A stretch of 63,681 bases of DNA, counting the filler, from Octopus bimaculoides (Eukaryota), in assembly GCF_001194135.2 (NCBI RefSeq). It is 5 parts of 5 records of this genome, joined end to end, with 100 filler letters (N's around TTAATTAATTAA, not from the genome) between each part and the next. Parts side by side here need not be neighbours in the genome. Positions count along the whole stretch, not along the records: positions 62,015 to 63,681 come from NC_069005.1; 4 more parts are not named here. The stretch is one strand, 5' to 3'. Positions 62,883 through 63,681 of this stretch are shown in pieces (position 1 is the stretch's first letter; the number at the start of each line of letters is the position of its first letter). Made by a program: the position numbers and the translations under genes. A model generated the notes under the pieces. It saw nothing but the letters and a program-made list of their open reading frames with translations, ran no database searches and was not told where the DNA came from.

Positions 62883-63245
62883 TTTGTTGTCAATCAATAC
62901 AATAACTTTTATTTCCTTACTGGGGGAAGGGCTTTTTGTCGAAGGAAAAAAAAAAGAACAATGTAGGTGTAGGGGACACATTGCTGCCTAATACCATGTA
63001 ATATAGCTCTCTCAAACGTACCCCTTGATTAGGGGGTAGAAATAGCTACCTGTTATACACGAGGTTGTACACAAACCCCAGATTTCAAAATGAAGCAATA
63101 CATAATACATTAGCTTTTCCCATTTTCTTGCTTTAGTCATTGGACTGCGGCCATACTGGGGCACCACCTTGAAGAGTTTAGTCTAACAGATCGAGCCCAC
63201 TTCTTATTTGTGTGTTACTTATTAAAACAACAAAATTGGTTCTTG

Positions 63246-63311
<66 letters not shown>

Positions 63312-63681
63312 CTTCATTAGCAATCATTGTGCACCCATCCTAAAAGGTCATTATGCTCCCTCCTTGGCCTTACTTCCTTTTTCCCGCCAATTCACACTGG
63401 TCACTGACCTACTACCATCCTTTCCTTCTCCCACTTAAACCGTGTCCGCCCCATGATAACAATCCTATCACTGACAACATTCTTTCTGAAAATCGTGACC
63501 ACCCACCCTCTGCTCTGCCCAATGGCCTTACTAACTACACATCTCCATAAATGTAAACAACACCCTCGCTTCTATGTTTTACTTGTTTCAGTCTTTGGAC
63601 TGCGGCCATGCTGGAGCACCACTTGGGGGAACTTTTAGTCGAATGAACTGACCCCAGTACATTTTTTTTTAAAAGTCTGGT

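Overview
AT-rich, microsatellite-laden, gapped animal scaffold. The SINE, RTE and MITE repertoire looks like octopus/cephalopod DNA (inference from repeat families, not a database hit). Almost all ORFs in the supplied track are N-run or microsatellite artefacts. Supportable content: (1) three phase-compatible coiled-coil exons of an unidentified + strand gene (2466-5792), a candidate last exon (9460-9617) and one isolated exon (27552-27642); (2) decayed transposons: a full-length Tc1, a mariner, two Mutator/FLYWCH remnants, an R4/Dong-like LINE, RTE 3' ends, two Penelope-like fragments, hAT and piggyBac MITEs, a Helentron-type HINE and many tRNA-derived SINEs; (3) about nine type I hammerhead ribozyme (HHR) motifs or relics that the ORF track does not show. 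The best HHRs are a U3-A8 core variant at the apex of a ~300-nt hairpin (19957-20010), an outward-facing inverted pair next to it (20185-20289 and 20706-20810), and a canonical-core motif with a 61-nt rod-like stem II (33120-33207). All have palindromic or near-palindromic stem III, suggesting dimeric folding. All structures were folded by eye; none has been tested computationally or experimentally.
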